Source: a virus (lineage: Duplodnaviria; Caudoviricetes). Taken from it: a DNA stretch of 35,846 nt. Location: the IMG/VR virus record IMGVR_UViG_3300005332_000004, positions 1 to 35,846 of that record. One strand, written 5' to 3'. The stretch's first letter is position 1; every line of letters begins with the position of its first letter. The notes below the pieces were generated by a model. That model did no database searches. It saw nothing but the letters and a program-made list of their open reading frames with translations, and was not told the origin of the DNA. Below are positions 15,568 through 24,683 of this stretch, one piece after another. Both the position numbers and the translations under genes were made by a program.

Positions 15568-15598
15568 GGGCCGCAAAAATTTTTCGCGGCCCTTTTTT
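15568..15598 (+). terminator. Rho-independent terminator after the repressor
   Basis: GGGCCGC...GCGGCCC stem followed by T6. Confidence 0.8.
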
Positions 15599-15609
15599 AT
15601 GGCGGCATG

Positions 15610-15639
15610 TTGACATTCTCTCTCCTCGGTGAGTAGTCT
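15610..15639 (+). promoter_or_regulatory. Sigma70-like promoter of the recombination operon
   Basis: TTGACA-N18-TAGTCT, followed by a leader hairpin CGGGG-TTGAG-CCCCG. Confidence 0.6.
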
Positions 15640-15706
15640 AAGACTGACGAGCACGGGGTTGAGCCCCGCACCCTGTCAGCGACCACAAAAAACTCCGACG
15701 ACTGTC

Positions 15707-16552
15707 ATGCCACTGAGCGCGCACCAATTGGCGCAGCGCAAGGGGCGGGTAACGGCTAGTTTCCTGCCGTGGCTTGCGCAAGGCGACGAAGGCCGCATTC
15801 TCAACGAATGGTACCGGCTCACGGACGATGCGCGCTATGTGCCGCTCGATCTGTCCGAGGAGTGGCTGGTTTACCGCGGCGAGTTTTGCGAGGCGCCGGT
15901 GCTCAATTGGCACGAGCGCAAGAGCCGCCTGGAGTTGACGCGCCGCGGCGAGGTCGTGGTGCACCCGACGCGCGATTACCTCTGTTGCACCCTTGACGCG
16001 TTTTGTCCGGCCACCTCCACGGTGATCGATTGCAAATGGATCAATCACCAGCGTGATCCGGAGGAGGCATTGTCGTTCTACGCGCCGCAAATCCTGGTAC
16101 AGAAGGAATGCCTCGGCTGCGATTACTGTGCGCTCCTGATCGTGCGGCAGGATGAGGCACCGTTTCTGGCCGTGCTCCCCGAGGATGAGCGCCACCGCGA
16201 CTACACCGCGCGCGTGCTCGGCATGGCCGATGATTTCTGGACGTGCGTGACCGAGCGCATCCCGCCAGTGGAGATCATCGAAGCGCCGCCGCCCACGCCG
16301 CCGGAAAGATGGCGCTCAATCAATCTCGACAACGAGGCCGATCGCGCGGCGCACAATTGGGCCGGCGAGATGATGGTGCACCTCCAGGCATGGGCCGAGA
16401 CCTACTCGGCGGCAAAGATCAATGAGGTGGCGCGCGATGGCGTCAAGTTGTTTCTACCCGAGGATTGCCGCTCGCTCGCATGGCAAGGCGTGCACGTGAG
16501 CCGCAACCGCGCGCGCGCGGTGAGCATCAAGCTGGTGGGGAAGGGATCATGA
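15707..16552 (+). CDS. YqaJ / lambda-exonuclease-like nuclease (281 aa)
   Basis: R...VTAS, G...E, LCCTLDA...IDCK, Y.PQ...Q: PD-(D/E)XK motifs. Confidence 0.85.
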   Translation: MPLSAHQLAQRKGRVTASFLPWLAQGDEGRILNEWYRLTDDARYVPLDLSEEWLVYRGEFCEAPVLNWHERKSRLELTRRGEVVVHPTRDYLCCTLDAFCPATSTVIDCKWINHQRDPEEALSFYAPQILVQKECLGCDYCALLIVRQDEAPFLAVLPEDERHRDYTARVLGMADDFWTCVTERIPPVEIIEAPPPTPPERWRSINLDNEADRAAHNWAGEMMVHLQAWAETYSAAKINEVARDGVKLFLPEDCRSLAWQGVHVSRNRARAVSIKLVGKGS

Positions 16553-16782
16553 CCGATCGCTATTTCTCCCGACAGCAAAGGAGACATCTCTACGTCAGCG
16601 TTGACGGGAGATGCGAGCGGTGCGGGTTGCTTCTCGGTGTTCGGTGGCATGCGCATCATATCATCCGGTTCGCTGATGACGGCGTAACCGAAATCACCAA
16701 TGGGATGGCGCTGTGTCAGCGTTGTCACATTATGGAGCATCGTCATGGCAGTAAAAATAAAACCACGCGGATGGCAGATTGA
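16549..16782 (+). CDS. Small HNH endonuclease (77 aa)
   Basis: CERCG...HAHHII.F..DG.T...N...LCQRCH; ATGA overlap with the exonuclease stop. Confidence 0.85.
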   Translation: MTDRYFSRQQRRHLYVSVDGRCERCGLLLGVRWHAHHIIRFADDGVTEITNGMALCQRCHIMEHRHGSKNKTTRMAD

Positions 16783-18430
16783 GGCATTGAACAAGTTCAA
16801 AATCAGCAGCGAAAAATTTTTCTTACTCGACGGCACACCGGGATGCGGCAAAACGATGTTCGGGGCGTTCTGTGCGGATTATGAGAATTCACGTGGCGCC
16901 AACTTCGACATCATTGTGGTGCCGACGACGGCGATCAAAGGCGACAAGGATGCGGGGTTTCTCGGCGACTGGAATCGGGCCGGCATTCAGATCACTACCG
17001 TTCTGAAGGAATCGCGGGGCATTCCGCAAGAATACCGTGGCGCGGTCATCACATATCAGCAGCTTCCAAATCTCATCTCGACGTTCGAGGCTTGGGCGCG
17101 CGCCGGCCGGCATCTGTTCACGTGCTTCGATGAGATTCATCACGCATGTGACGACAACGTGTGGGGCGAGGCATCGGAAGCATTGTGGCGGTGCTCGCGG
17201 CGCGTCCTCGCTGAGACTGGCACATGTTTTCGTGGAGACCGTCGGCGCATCTCGTTTGTTAAATATGATGCTGATGGCAAGGCAATTGCTGACTACCGTT
17301 ACAGCTACCGGCAAGCGGTGACCGACCACGTTTGCCGGCCCGTCGAATTTGTGACCGACGACAGCATGACCCAATTTATGCTCGATGACGAAAATCATGA
17401 GGTCCGAATCAGCGAGGCGCAAACGCAGGACGATCTTCTCGGCGCATCACACGCAGTATTTCGTTCCGATCGTGAATTTTTGCGCCGACTAATCGAGAAA
17501 GCAGACGATACGCTCGATCAGTATCGATCATGGGATCATGATGCCGGTGGGCTCGTCATCTGCCGTCCAGGCCGTGACGAGCACGACAATCGCCATTTGC
17601 ATCAAATCGCGGACTTAATGCAGAAAACTCTCGGCGAGAGACCGGAGGTTATCTCATATGATGACACCGATGCGAATGCCAAGATCGAGCGATTTCGCAA
17701 GAGCGGCCAGCGGTGGGTGTGCTCGGTACGCAAGATCACAGAAGGCGTCGACATCAAGCGTCTGCGTGTGGAGGTTATGGCAACGCGGCCACAAACCGAA
17801 TTGCTGTTTCGGCAAATCGTTGGCCGCGTAGTGCGAGTTGATGATGACAAGCGACCGGGAAATGCCACCGTTTATATCGCCAAGTTTCCACAGCTTGTGG
17901 AATGGGCCAAAACGATCGCCGAGGAGGCAAAAGCCGGATTGCGCCAATCACAAGACGGCGGCACTGATTCCGGTTTGCCGGGCGGTGACCCGCGCAAGTT
18001 CATGTCGTTCGGCGCGACGCATGAAGATGGCGGGGCCGTATCTGACTTCGGAGAGCAATACACCATCGATGAGGTCAATGCGGCAGAACGATTGCGTGGC
18101 GCCGATCCGCAGCTTGTAGACCTGCCGATCACTACGCTGGCCTATTTGAATCGAAAGTTGGGCATCATACCAGAACCGATGGCGGCGCCGGAGCCTCCGC
18201 TACAAGTCAAAAAGAAGGGGGTGCGTACCGCTATCGTGAAGAAGGCGCGACATCTCGCCATCAAACGCAACCCCAGTGCTCCGGACTTTAAGCAGGTTTG
18301 GAAGGACATCGGTGTCATGTTTGGTCCCTTCAACGCCGACGATATGGTTGACAATTATAGCATCGAAGTCATGCGCCAAATTGATGCGTGGCTGTTGGCA
18401 ACAATCGGAGCAGAGAGTCATGTTGCCTAA
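16745..18430 (+). CDS. SF2 DExH-box (ResIII-like) helicase (561 aa)
   Basis: RGWQ Q-motif, GTPGCGKT, VVPT, DEIHH, TGT.FR.D, TEGVDI, QIVGRVVR; GGAG RBS before 16745. Confidence 0.92.
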   Translation: MAVKIKPRGWQIEALNKFKISSEKFFLLDGTPGCGKTMFGAFCADYENSRGANFDIIVVPTTAIKGDKDAGFLGDWNRAGIQITTVLKESRGIPQEYRGAVITYQQLPNLISTFEAWARAGRHLFTCFDEIHHACDDNVWGEASEALWRCSRRVLAETGTCFRGDRRRISFVKYDADGKAIADYRYSYRQAVTDHVCRPVEFVTDDSMTQFMLDDENHEVRISEAQTQDDLLGASHAVFRSDREFLRRLIEKADDTLDQYRSWDHDAGGLVICRPGRDEHDNRHLHQIADLMQKTLGERPEVISYDDTDANAKIERFRKSGQRWVCSVRKITEGVDIKRLRVEVMATRPQTELLFRQIVGRVVRVDDDKRPGNATVYIAKFPQLVEWAKTIAEEAKAGLRQSQDGGTDSGLPGGDPRKFMSFGATHEDGGAVSDFGEQYTIDEVNAAERLRGADPQLVDLPITTLAYLNRKLGIIPEPMAAPEPPLQVKKKGVRTAIVKKARHLAIKRNPSAPDFKQVWKDIGVMFGPFNADDMVDNYSIEVMRQIDAWLLATIGAESHVA

Positions 18431-19031
18431 CGACGACGTTGAACTATTGCAGCAATTGATCGCGCACGGAGGCACGCAGGCGTTTAGCTTGGTGCCCGCC
18501 GCCCTGAAAAAGGTGATCGTTGAGAAGCAATGGCAACGGCGTGTCGACAAGAACGGCAAACCCTTCGCCTCTTTCGAGGCATTCGTCACGCATCGGTTAT
18601 GGCAGGGGCTTGAATCAACAATCGATGATCTTCGCGTTTTCTGCCGCCGGCATGCCGATGTTGTTCGCCTGATCCTGGAAGCGATGGAGCCGGGGCGCGA
18701 GCGGCGCGGATCAACCGAGGCCGAGCGGGCTAATAGAGTTGATAATATCAACTCTACCAGCAGCAAAGGCGGCACCTCGGCCCTTTACACGCTGAAGCGG
18801 CTCAAGCGCGAGCGGCCGGACCTGTTCCAGGAAGTGATTGGCGGCGGCAAGTCCGCCAATGCCGCAGCGATCGAGGCCGGCTGGCGCAAACGACTCAGCG
18901 ATCTCGATCGCGTCATAAAATTGCTCCGCAAGCTTTCGCCTCTTGATCGCCAGCGGGTGCGCACCATGCTTGACGAGATCGAAACGTCAAAAAAGTTGAC
19001 CACGCAGCAACGGGAGTCCCTGTTGTTATGA
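18420..19031 (+). CDS. Hypothetical putative DNA-binding protein (203 aa)
   Basis: GTS..Y...RLKRERPDL...SANAAAIEAG helical motif; overlaps the helicase stop. Confidence 0.8.
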   Translation: MLPNDDVELLQQLIAHGGTQAFSLVPAALKKVIVEKQWQRRVDKNGKPFASFEAFVTHRLWQGLESTIDDLRVFCRRHADVVRLILEAMEPGRERRGSTEAERANRVDNINSTSSKGGTSALYTLKRLKRERPDLFQEVIGGGKSANAAAIEAGWRKRLSDLDRVIKLLRKLSPLDRQRVRTMLDEIETSKKLTTQQRESLLL

Positions 19032-19492
19032 CCCGCTTTGCCGCAGCAACCGAGGTGCCGGTGGAACGCTCGCGCGCCGAGATCGAGCGGCTGGTGAACC
19101 GCTACGGCGCCACCGGATTCGCCTACATGCACGCCACCGGCAAAGCGGTGATCGTGTTCGAGATGGCGCAGCGCCGCGTCATGTTCGAGCTACCGTTGCC
19201 GCGGCGCGATGATTTCAAACGGACCGGCGCCCGTAACCTGGAGCGTTCGCCCGAGGCCGCCCTTGCTGCTTGGGAACAGGCATGCCGCTCGGCGTGGCGC
19301 GCGCTGCGGCTCGTGATCCAAGCCAAGCTGGAGGCGGTGGAGTCCGGCATCACCACGTTCGAGGATGAGTTTTTGGCGCACATCGTGCTGCCTGATGGCC
19401 AGACCGTGAGCCAGCACGTGCGCCCGCGCATCGCCGCGATCTACAGCGGCGAGAAAATGCAACCGCTGTTGCCAGGACCGAGGGTCTCATGA
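19028..19492 (+). CDS. Conserved phage hypothetical protein (154 aa)
   Basis: TEVPVERSRAEIE...WRAL.LVI.AKLEAVESGITTFEDEFLAH; ATGA coupling. Confidence 0.85.
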   Translation: MTRFAAATEVPVERSRAEIERLVNRYGATGFAYMHATGKAVIVFEMAQRRVMFELPLPRRDDFKRTGARNLERSPEAALAAWEQACRSAWRALRLVIQAKLEAVESGITTFEDEFLAHIVLPDGQTVSQHVRPRIAAIYSGEKMQPLLPGPRVS

Positions 19493-20607
19493 ACACACAA
19501 GCCATCACCGTCGTTAAGCCACGCCTGCCGATGCCGCATGGCGCCGGCATCCCGCCCGGCACGTGGCGCGTGCTCACCGATGCGATTTTCCCGAGCGCCA
19601 AGTCACCCGACTCGATCATGCTCGCGCTCGACTACTGCAAGGCGCGCAATCTCGACATCATGAAACGGCCGGTGAATATCGTCCCGGTGTGGAGTTCGCA
19701 GCTAAAGCGTTACGTCGAAAACATCTGGCCGAGCATCAACGAGATCGAGGTGACGGCCGCACGCTCCGGCGAATGGGCCGGCATGGATAAGCCGGAGTTC
19801 GGCAACACGATCGAGCGGACGTTTACCGGCCGCGTGCGCACCGACGATGGATGGCAAAACGAAAGCATCACGCTCAAATTCCCGGAATGGATCGCGGTCA
19901 CGGTGTGGCGCGTGATCAAGGGCCAGCGGTGCGCGTTCACTGAGCCGGTCTATTGGGAAGAAGTCTATGGCCGCCAGCAAGGCACCGAACTCCCGAACGC
20001 CACATGGATCAAGCGCACGCGCGCACAGGCGATCAAGGTAGCCAAGGCCACGAGCTTGCGCGCCGCCTTCCCCGAGGAGGCGGACTATAGCGCCGATGAG
20101 ATGGAGGGCGGCGTGATCGAGGCCGAGCCGGCCGCCTTGCCGGCACCGGCCGCAAATTGGACGCCGCCGCATGTGCAACAGCAACCGGCGCATATGCAAC
20201 AGCCACCAGCCGCGGCCGGCGGCACGCCGCGCCAGCCCGCCGACGCGCCCAAGCCGCCGCCGCCAGCACCGCCGCCGGCCGAGCCCGAGGAGCCGGAGCC
20301 GCCGCCGCATCCCGGTCCCGATGGTGGGCCGCCGGAGCCGGTCAACGCCGCCGTCCCCGATCTCGTGATGCCGCGCATGCTCGGCGCCGATCAGCAACCC
20401 GAGGATTGGCTGGAGTGGGGCAAGCGATTTCTCGCGCGCATCAACAAGGCGACGCTGGAGGAGTTCGAGGCGCTCAAGAAAGCAAACAAGGGCACGATGG
20501 ATGACATGAAAGAGGAGGACGAAAAACTCCACATCCGCCTGCAGGCGGCGATCAACAAGCGGCGCGACGCGCTCACCGATTACGTAAACCCGCTAGCGGG
20601 AGGCTGA
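19489..20607 (+). CDS. bet: Bet/RecT-family single-strand annealing protein
   Basis: LDYCKARNLD.MKRPV.IVP...AARSG..AG...W.KR...KVAKA.SLRAAFPEE; long Pro-rich linker before the C-terminal domain. Confidence 0.85.
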   Translation: MNTQAITVVKPRLPMPHGAGIPPGTWRVLTDAIFPSAKSPDSIMLALDYCKARNLDIMKRPVNIVPVWSSQLKRYVENIWPSINEIEVTAARSGEWAGMDKPEFGNTIERTFTGRVRTDDGWQNESITLKFPEWIAVTVWRVIKGQRCAFTEPVYWEEVYGRQQGTELPNATWIKRTRAQAIKVAKATSLRAAFPEEADYSADEMEGGVIEAEPAALPAPAANWTPPHVQQQPAHMQQPPAAAGGTPRQPADAPKPPPPAPPPAEPEEPEPPPHPGPDGGPPEPVNAAVPDLVMPRMLGADQQPEDWLEWGKRFLARINKATLEEFEALKKANKGTMDDMKEEDEKLHIRLQAAINKRRDALTDYVNPLAGG

Positions 20608-20609
20608 AC

Positions 20610-21023
20610 ATGCGCGACCATGATGCCGAGATGAATGAGCTACACGCAAAGCTGAAAGGAAAAAACGTGCGGCTGGAGGTGACACGGCTGGATTTTTTCG
20701 CCGCCATTGCTGATCCGGCGTGGCGCGGTGGCGCGCTCGGTTACGCCGATGCCGCGCTCAACGGTGTGACCGGCCACAGCGAGCACAAACTGCGCTGCCT
20801 TGTGTGCTCGCAACCATGGGCGCGCCATCGACCGCCCTGCGTCATGGCAATGATGAAGATCACCGCCGAAGGATTCAACGAAACCGAGTCGATCATCGCC
20901 GCCATTTGCCCGCACTGCATTTACGATGAGGATGGATTCCAAGCGGCGCTGCAACGGCTGTTCGGCGGAACACATCATGTGCTCGCGGCAGAATACGATG
21001 ACGAGGTGGTGGGGCACGCGTGA
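20610..21023 (+). CDS. Hypothetical Zn-binding protein (137 aa)
   Basis: CLVC and CPHC; GGAGG RBS. Confidence 0.7.
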   Translation: MRDHDAEMNELHAKLKGKNVRLEVTRLDFFAAIADPAWRGGALGYADAALNGVTGHSEHKLRCLVCSQPWARHRPPCVMAMMKITAEGFNETESIIAAICPHCIYDEDGFQAALQRLFGGTHHVLAAEYDDEVVGHA

Positions 21024-21436
21024 TGATCTTCACGGTGGCAAAGAACGCGCTCATTCCCGGCGACGATGAGGCGCACAAGCGCATGGCCGCGTTCACGGTG
21101 GGCGAATGGTGCGAGGTGCAAATTCCGCACGCGCGCAATCAGGTGTTCGCCAATTGCACGGCACTCGTGTTCTCACGCCTCGCCGCCGCGCGCGACGTTG
21201 AACAGCGCACGGTGCGCGGGCTCCTCGCCATTCTCACCGGCCGATCGGAGATGATCACGCACCACGGTCGCGCCTACCGCATCCCCTTTGGCACCGGGCC
21301 GCGCGACATGAACGCCACCGAGTTCGAGGTGTTTTGGGAGGATGCCAGCGAGTTGATCAACCGGGAATTCCTGTTGCCGCTCCCCGATCACATCGCCGCC
21401 GACATTCGCGACATCATGGCGAGGTGCTCGCCATGA
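21020..21436 (+). CDS. DUF1367-like protein (138 aa)
   Basis: LIP.D..A......GE..EV....ARN..F and C-terminal I.FG....M...EF..F pattern. Confidence 0.65.
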   Translation: MMIFTVAKNALIPGDDEAHKRMAAFTVGEWCEVQIPHARNQVFANCTALVFSRLAAARDVEQRTVRGLLAILTGRSEMITHHGRAYRIPFGTGPRDMNATEFEVFWEDASELINREFLLPLPDHIAADIRDIMARCSP

Positions 21437-22200
21437 AAAAGTTTCGCGGACCTGCCCACCACGCTCCGGCGGCGATAGTGGGGGCGATCAGGCCCAGCGA
21501 AGGGGGCACGGCCGGCGACCGTCATTCGCGCGATAGGCACGGCCCCCACCTCCTCGCCATCATGCTCCTGGCCGTGCTGCTGGTGTTGAGCACATCGGGA
21601 CTCGGTTCGTCCGCCGCCACAACGACGACCGAAGTCAGTGCGCGCCAGCGGCAGGACGCGGGCGCGGCGCCGCGGGCTCGCCGTCATCGTCACCATCGTC
21701 GGCATGCCTCATTGCTGCACCGAGGCAGGCCGGTCCCCCTGGTGGCGACAACGGCCGCCCGCGCGTCGCGTCCGTCGCCCGGCGCCGAGCCGCCGCCGGC
21801 ACCGATCACCCCGCCGCCGCCATCGGCTCCCTTGCCAACGGAGGACCCGGACCCGCCGCCGGTGCGAGTGCCGGCTTTGCGGATCGCCGTGGCATTCACC
21901 GAAGCCGAGCCACCCCCACCCCCGCTGATAATCACCATCCCGGAGGCCGCAGCGCGGGCACAGGTGAGCGAAACGTCGGAGGGTGAGCCGGACTACCTCG
22001 GCCGCGCGGCGATCGCTGTAGGGGCCGCCCTGGCCGTCCTCACGGTGCTCTGCGTGCAACGGTGGCTCAGGTACCGCAATTCGCTCATCGGACAATGGAG
22101 GAGACAATGGGCACGGTCATCACGGCGGAAAGCTATACCCGCGCGCGGGCGATCTTCGATGGCCTCATTGAGAAGGCCGGCGAACTGGCCGCCGATGTAG
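21433..22200 (+). CDS. Two-TM membrane protein with Pro-rich linker (255 aa)
   Basis: LLAIMLLAVLLVLS and AAIAVGAALAVLTVLCV hydrophobic segments; ATGA coupling. Confidence 0.6.
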   Translation: MKKFRGPAHHAPAAIVGAIRPSEGGTAGDRHSRDRHGPHLLAIMLLAVLLVLSTSGLGSSAATTTTEVSARQRQDAGAAPRARRHRHHRRHASLLHRGRPVPLVATTAARASRPSPGAEPPPAPITPPPPSAPLPTEDPDPPPVRVPALRIAVAFTEAEPPPPPLIITIPEAAARAQVSETSEGEPDYLGRAAIAVGAALAVLTVLCVQRWLRYRNSLIGQWRRQWARSSRRKAIPARGRSSMASLRRPANWPPM

Positions 22201-22430
22201 GCGAAACCGTGGCGGAGGTGGCGCGGCTCGAACGTGAGGCCCGCGAGCGTGAAGCAAAAATCGAGGCGCTCCACAGCGAGCTTGATCAAGCCCGCGCCCG
22301 GTGCCTGCAACTCGAAAACCGCACCTCCACCCTGTCGGATGAGGTGGTGCGCCTGGAGTCGGTGGTCGCCACGCAAGGCGCGGTCCTGGAAAATTTCCGG
22401 CAGCTTGCCGAGCAAACCAAAGCGGCGTGA
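22107..22430 (+). CDS. Coiled-coil protein (107 aa)
   Basis: GGAGGAG RBS; heptad pattern. Confidence 0.75.
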   Translation: MGTVITAESYTRARAIFDGLIEKAGELAADVGETVAEVARLEREAREREAKIEALHSELDQARARCLQLENRTSTLSDEVVRLESVVATQGAVLENFRQLAEQTKAA

Positions 22431-22431
22431 G

Positions 22432-22779
22432 ATGATGACGGCACGAAAAGCCAACGGCCGAAAACGGCCGAAGCGGAGCACCGGCCGGCGGCCGATCGCC
22501 CGGCCGCGCAAGCAAGTGAAGCGGCGCCGGGCGAAAGCCCCGGTGAGCTTGCCGCCGCGCGTGCTCAAGGCGTTCGAAGACAAATACTATCTCACACTGC
22601 CCAAGCTGTGCGACGCCATGGAGGTGTCGCACCTCACGGTGCGCGCCTACGTCGACCGCGGCATGCTGCCATTCCGCGTGGTCGGCGTTGGTACCAAGCG
22701 CATGCATCGGCTGTTCACGCTGGCGGATGTCAAAGTGCTCTGGCGGCGCATTTCGAACGCGCCGCACGTGGCGAGGTGA
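22432..22779 (+). CDS. Excisionase-like HTH protein with basic N-terminal tail (115 aa)
   Basis: YLTLPKLCDAMEVSHLTVRAYVDRGML...RLFTLADV. Confidence 0.75.
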   Translation: MMTARKANGRKRPKRSTGRRPIARPRKQVKRRRAKAPVSLPPRVLKAFEDKYYLTLPKLCDAMEVSHLTVRAYVDRGMLPFRVVGVGTKRMHRLFTLADVKVLWRRISNAPHVAR

Positions 22780-22784
22780 TTGTG

Positions 22785-23048
22785 ATGCTGGCAAAAACGG
22801 CGGCGCGCCGAGCGGAACGGCGATCGGAGCGGTTGGCGGTGGTCATGACTCGCCTTAGCGATCTCGGCGAGGATGTCGTCTTGACCACTGAGGAGGTGGC
22901 CGCCGTGGTCGGCCGCAGCGTCCACACGGTGCGATCATGGCGCTATATGGCCGATCATCCACTCCGCTGGCGAAAGCGCGGCAACCTCATCGAGTATAGA
23001 GTCGGCGACGTGCGCAAGTATCTGCACGGTGAGGATCAGGTGGCATGA
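22785..23048 (+). CDS. Excisionase-like HTH protein (87 aa)
   Basis: LTTEEVAAVVGRSVHTVRSWR...IEYRVGDV; abuts the integrase 3' end. Confidence 0.8.
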   Translation: MLAKTAARRAERRSERLAVVMTRLSDLGEDVVLTTEEVAAVVGRSVHTVRSWRYMADHPLRWRKRGNLIEYRVGDVRKYLHGEDQVA

Positions 23049-24340
23049 GACGCAGGGCGAAGCGGAACCACGTTCCCGCCCGCAGGGCCACCGACCAACC
23101 CGATGATGTGCGCGTTGTATTTCTCAAATGCCTCAACGCGCGCCTCCCACGCCGTGAACTTGTCATAGCGACGTTCGAGGTCGGGCCGCACGTGACCAAT
23201 GCACAGTTCCGCAATGTCGCGATCCACCCCGAGCATGCTCAGGCGCGTGCGGCACGTGCGCCGGAGATCATGCAGCGTGAAATCGACTCCACTCGTCTTT
23301 TGCAGTCGCCGCACCATCTTGGTGAAACCGCTCATCGGGCGGCCGGTGGTGTACGACGGGAACAAGAATTCGCTCGTGGTCTCCGGTTGCGAGCGGATGA
23401 TCGCGCGCAGCGGATCAGTCACCGGCACCGCGTGAACAAATCCGTTCTTGGCATCAATGGCCTTGATCTCGAACCGCTCGCCCGTGAGCCCGAGTTTCTT
23501 GTTTTCGGCCGCGGTGATGGCCGACCGTTTCAGGCGCGCGCCCTCGGTGCGGCGAAAACCGGTCAACAGATATGTCTTGATCAGCGCGCCCAATATCGGA
23601 TTGTGCTCGGCCTCGGCGGCGCGCCACAGCGCCTTGATCTCGGCGTCATCCAGCGCCCGGCCGTCATCGTCCTCTTGTTCCTTCACCCGCTGAGCGCGCG
23701 TCTTGGCCGGGAGTTTCCAGCCGGCGAGCACGTTGTGCTCGGCGAGTCCGTCGTTGACGTACCACTGGATAAAACCGTTTGCGAACTTTTTGAAATCGGT
23801 TGCCGCGCCCTCGGTCCCGGCGTGATTCAGCGTCTCGATCCGATGAGAAAAATCTTTGCGGGTGAGCGCGCGCGGCTCCAGGTTCATCACGCCCGCGAGA
23901 TTGCGCCGGAGCGACGACATCGCGGTTTTCCAGTTTACCAGCTTCCGCCACTGGAGATGCTTTTCATACCGCCCATCCTCGGCCAGGAGGGTGGCCAGAC
24001 TGTTCTCCCTTGCTTGCACGTCCGCTTCGGCCACCGCCCGGCGCGACACCGCGGGATCGCCCCCGCGCATCACCTCAACAGCGTATTCCTTGGCGAGCGT
24101 GCGCGCGTCATCCGGATCGATCGTTGGCCAGGAGCCAAGCTTGAGCGACGTTGCGGACACTCGGCGCCCCATGCCGCGCGGCCGATAATCGTAATAGAAC
24201 GTCTTGGTAGTGCCGTCCGGCGATATCCGCACCTTGAACCCCTTGGCGTCGGTGTCCCAAACGTCACGCCGCTTGCCGGTCCCGGCGAGGCGCTCCATGG
24301 CGCTCTTGGTGAGTTTCATCTTGTTCGCTGTTTTCCGCAT
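23036..24340 (-). CDS. int: Tyrosine integrase with N-terminal arm-binding domain
   Basis: KLT...VWD...GF.VR..G.K.F...LG.WP; catalytic R (TGFRRTE), K (KNG), HDLRR, IGH, Y (RRYD). Confidence 0.95.
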   Translation of the reverse strand: MRKTANKMKLTKSAMERLAGTGKRRDVWDTDAKGFKVRISPDGTTKTFYYDYRPRGMGRRVSATSLKLGSWPTIDPDDARTLAKEYAVEVMRGGDPAVSRRAVAEADVQARENSLATLLAEDGRYEKHLQWRKLVNWKTAMSSLRRNLAGVMNLEPRALTRKDFSHRIETLNHAGTEGAATDFKKFANGFIQWYVNDGLAEHNVLAGWKLPAKTRAQRVKEQEDDDGRALDDAEIKALWRAAEAEHNPILGALIKTYLLTGFRRTEGARLKRSAITAAENKKLGLTGERFEIKAIDAKNGFVHAVPVTDPLRAIIRSQPETTSEFLFPSYTTGRPMSGFTKMVRRLQKTSGVDFTLHDLRRTCRTRLSMLGVDRDIAELCIGHVRPDLERRYDKFTAWEARVEAFEKYNAHIIGLVGGPAGGNVVPLRPASHAT

Positions 24341-24368
24341 CAATCGCTCCCTCTAGGTGACAAAATGG

Positions 24369-24647
24369 CGGGCCGACACGGGGACCTCTCCCCGACCTCT
24401 TCGGGCCGACACCGGGCTAGCCATTCCTTATATAAACGGGTAACAGCGAATGTAAATGGCTATCGTTCAAAATTCCGACAAAGCTTTGATTCATCGCGTT
24501 TATCTAGCTGCCGATGTCACCCTCGCTCACCGAGAAGTATATTTTCACACGGGAGAGGTCCACAGTTCAAATCTGTGAGCGCCCACCAACACTTAGCGGA
24601 AAAAAGGGGATCAGAAAAAAGTCAAAACCGACACCGGACTGACACAG
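24369..24647. repeat. Integrase arm-type repeats and IHF site flanking the att core
   Basis: CGGGCCGACAC at 24369 and 24402; CCGACACCGG at 24406 and 24628; CTGACAC at 24639; AATCAAAGCTTTG (IHF consensus, - strand, 24479-24491). Confidence 0.65.
24544..24588 (+). other. attP core: 3' half of tRNA-Val(CAC)
   Basis: TT-CAC-AC anticodon loop, GGGAG, AGGTC, T-arm CACAG-TTCAAAT-CTGTG, acceptor AGCGCCC-A-CCA. No 5' half upstream; 200 bp from the int start. Confidence 0.88.
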
Positions 24648-24683
24648 TGAGGAGGCGCTACAGCAACCCCCGAGGAGGCCCCC

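Noticed and set aside
16549-19031. Type III or type I restriction-modification system
   Set aside because: No methyltransferase or specificity subunit, and no PD-(D/E)XK domain recognised on the helicase.
24510-24588. Complete tRNA gene
   Set aside because: No 5' acceptor strand (GGGCGCT) or D-arm upstream; only the 3' half is present, as expected for an att core.
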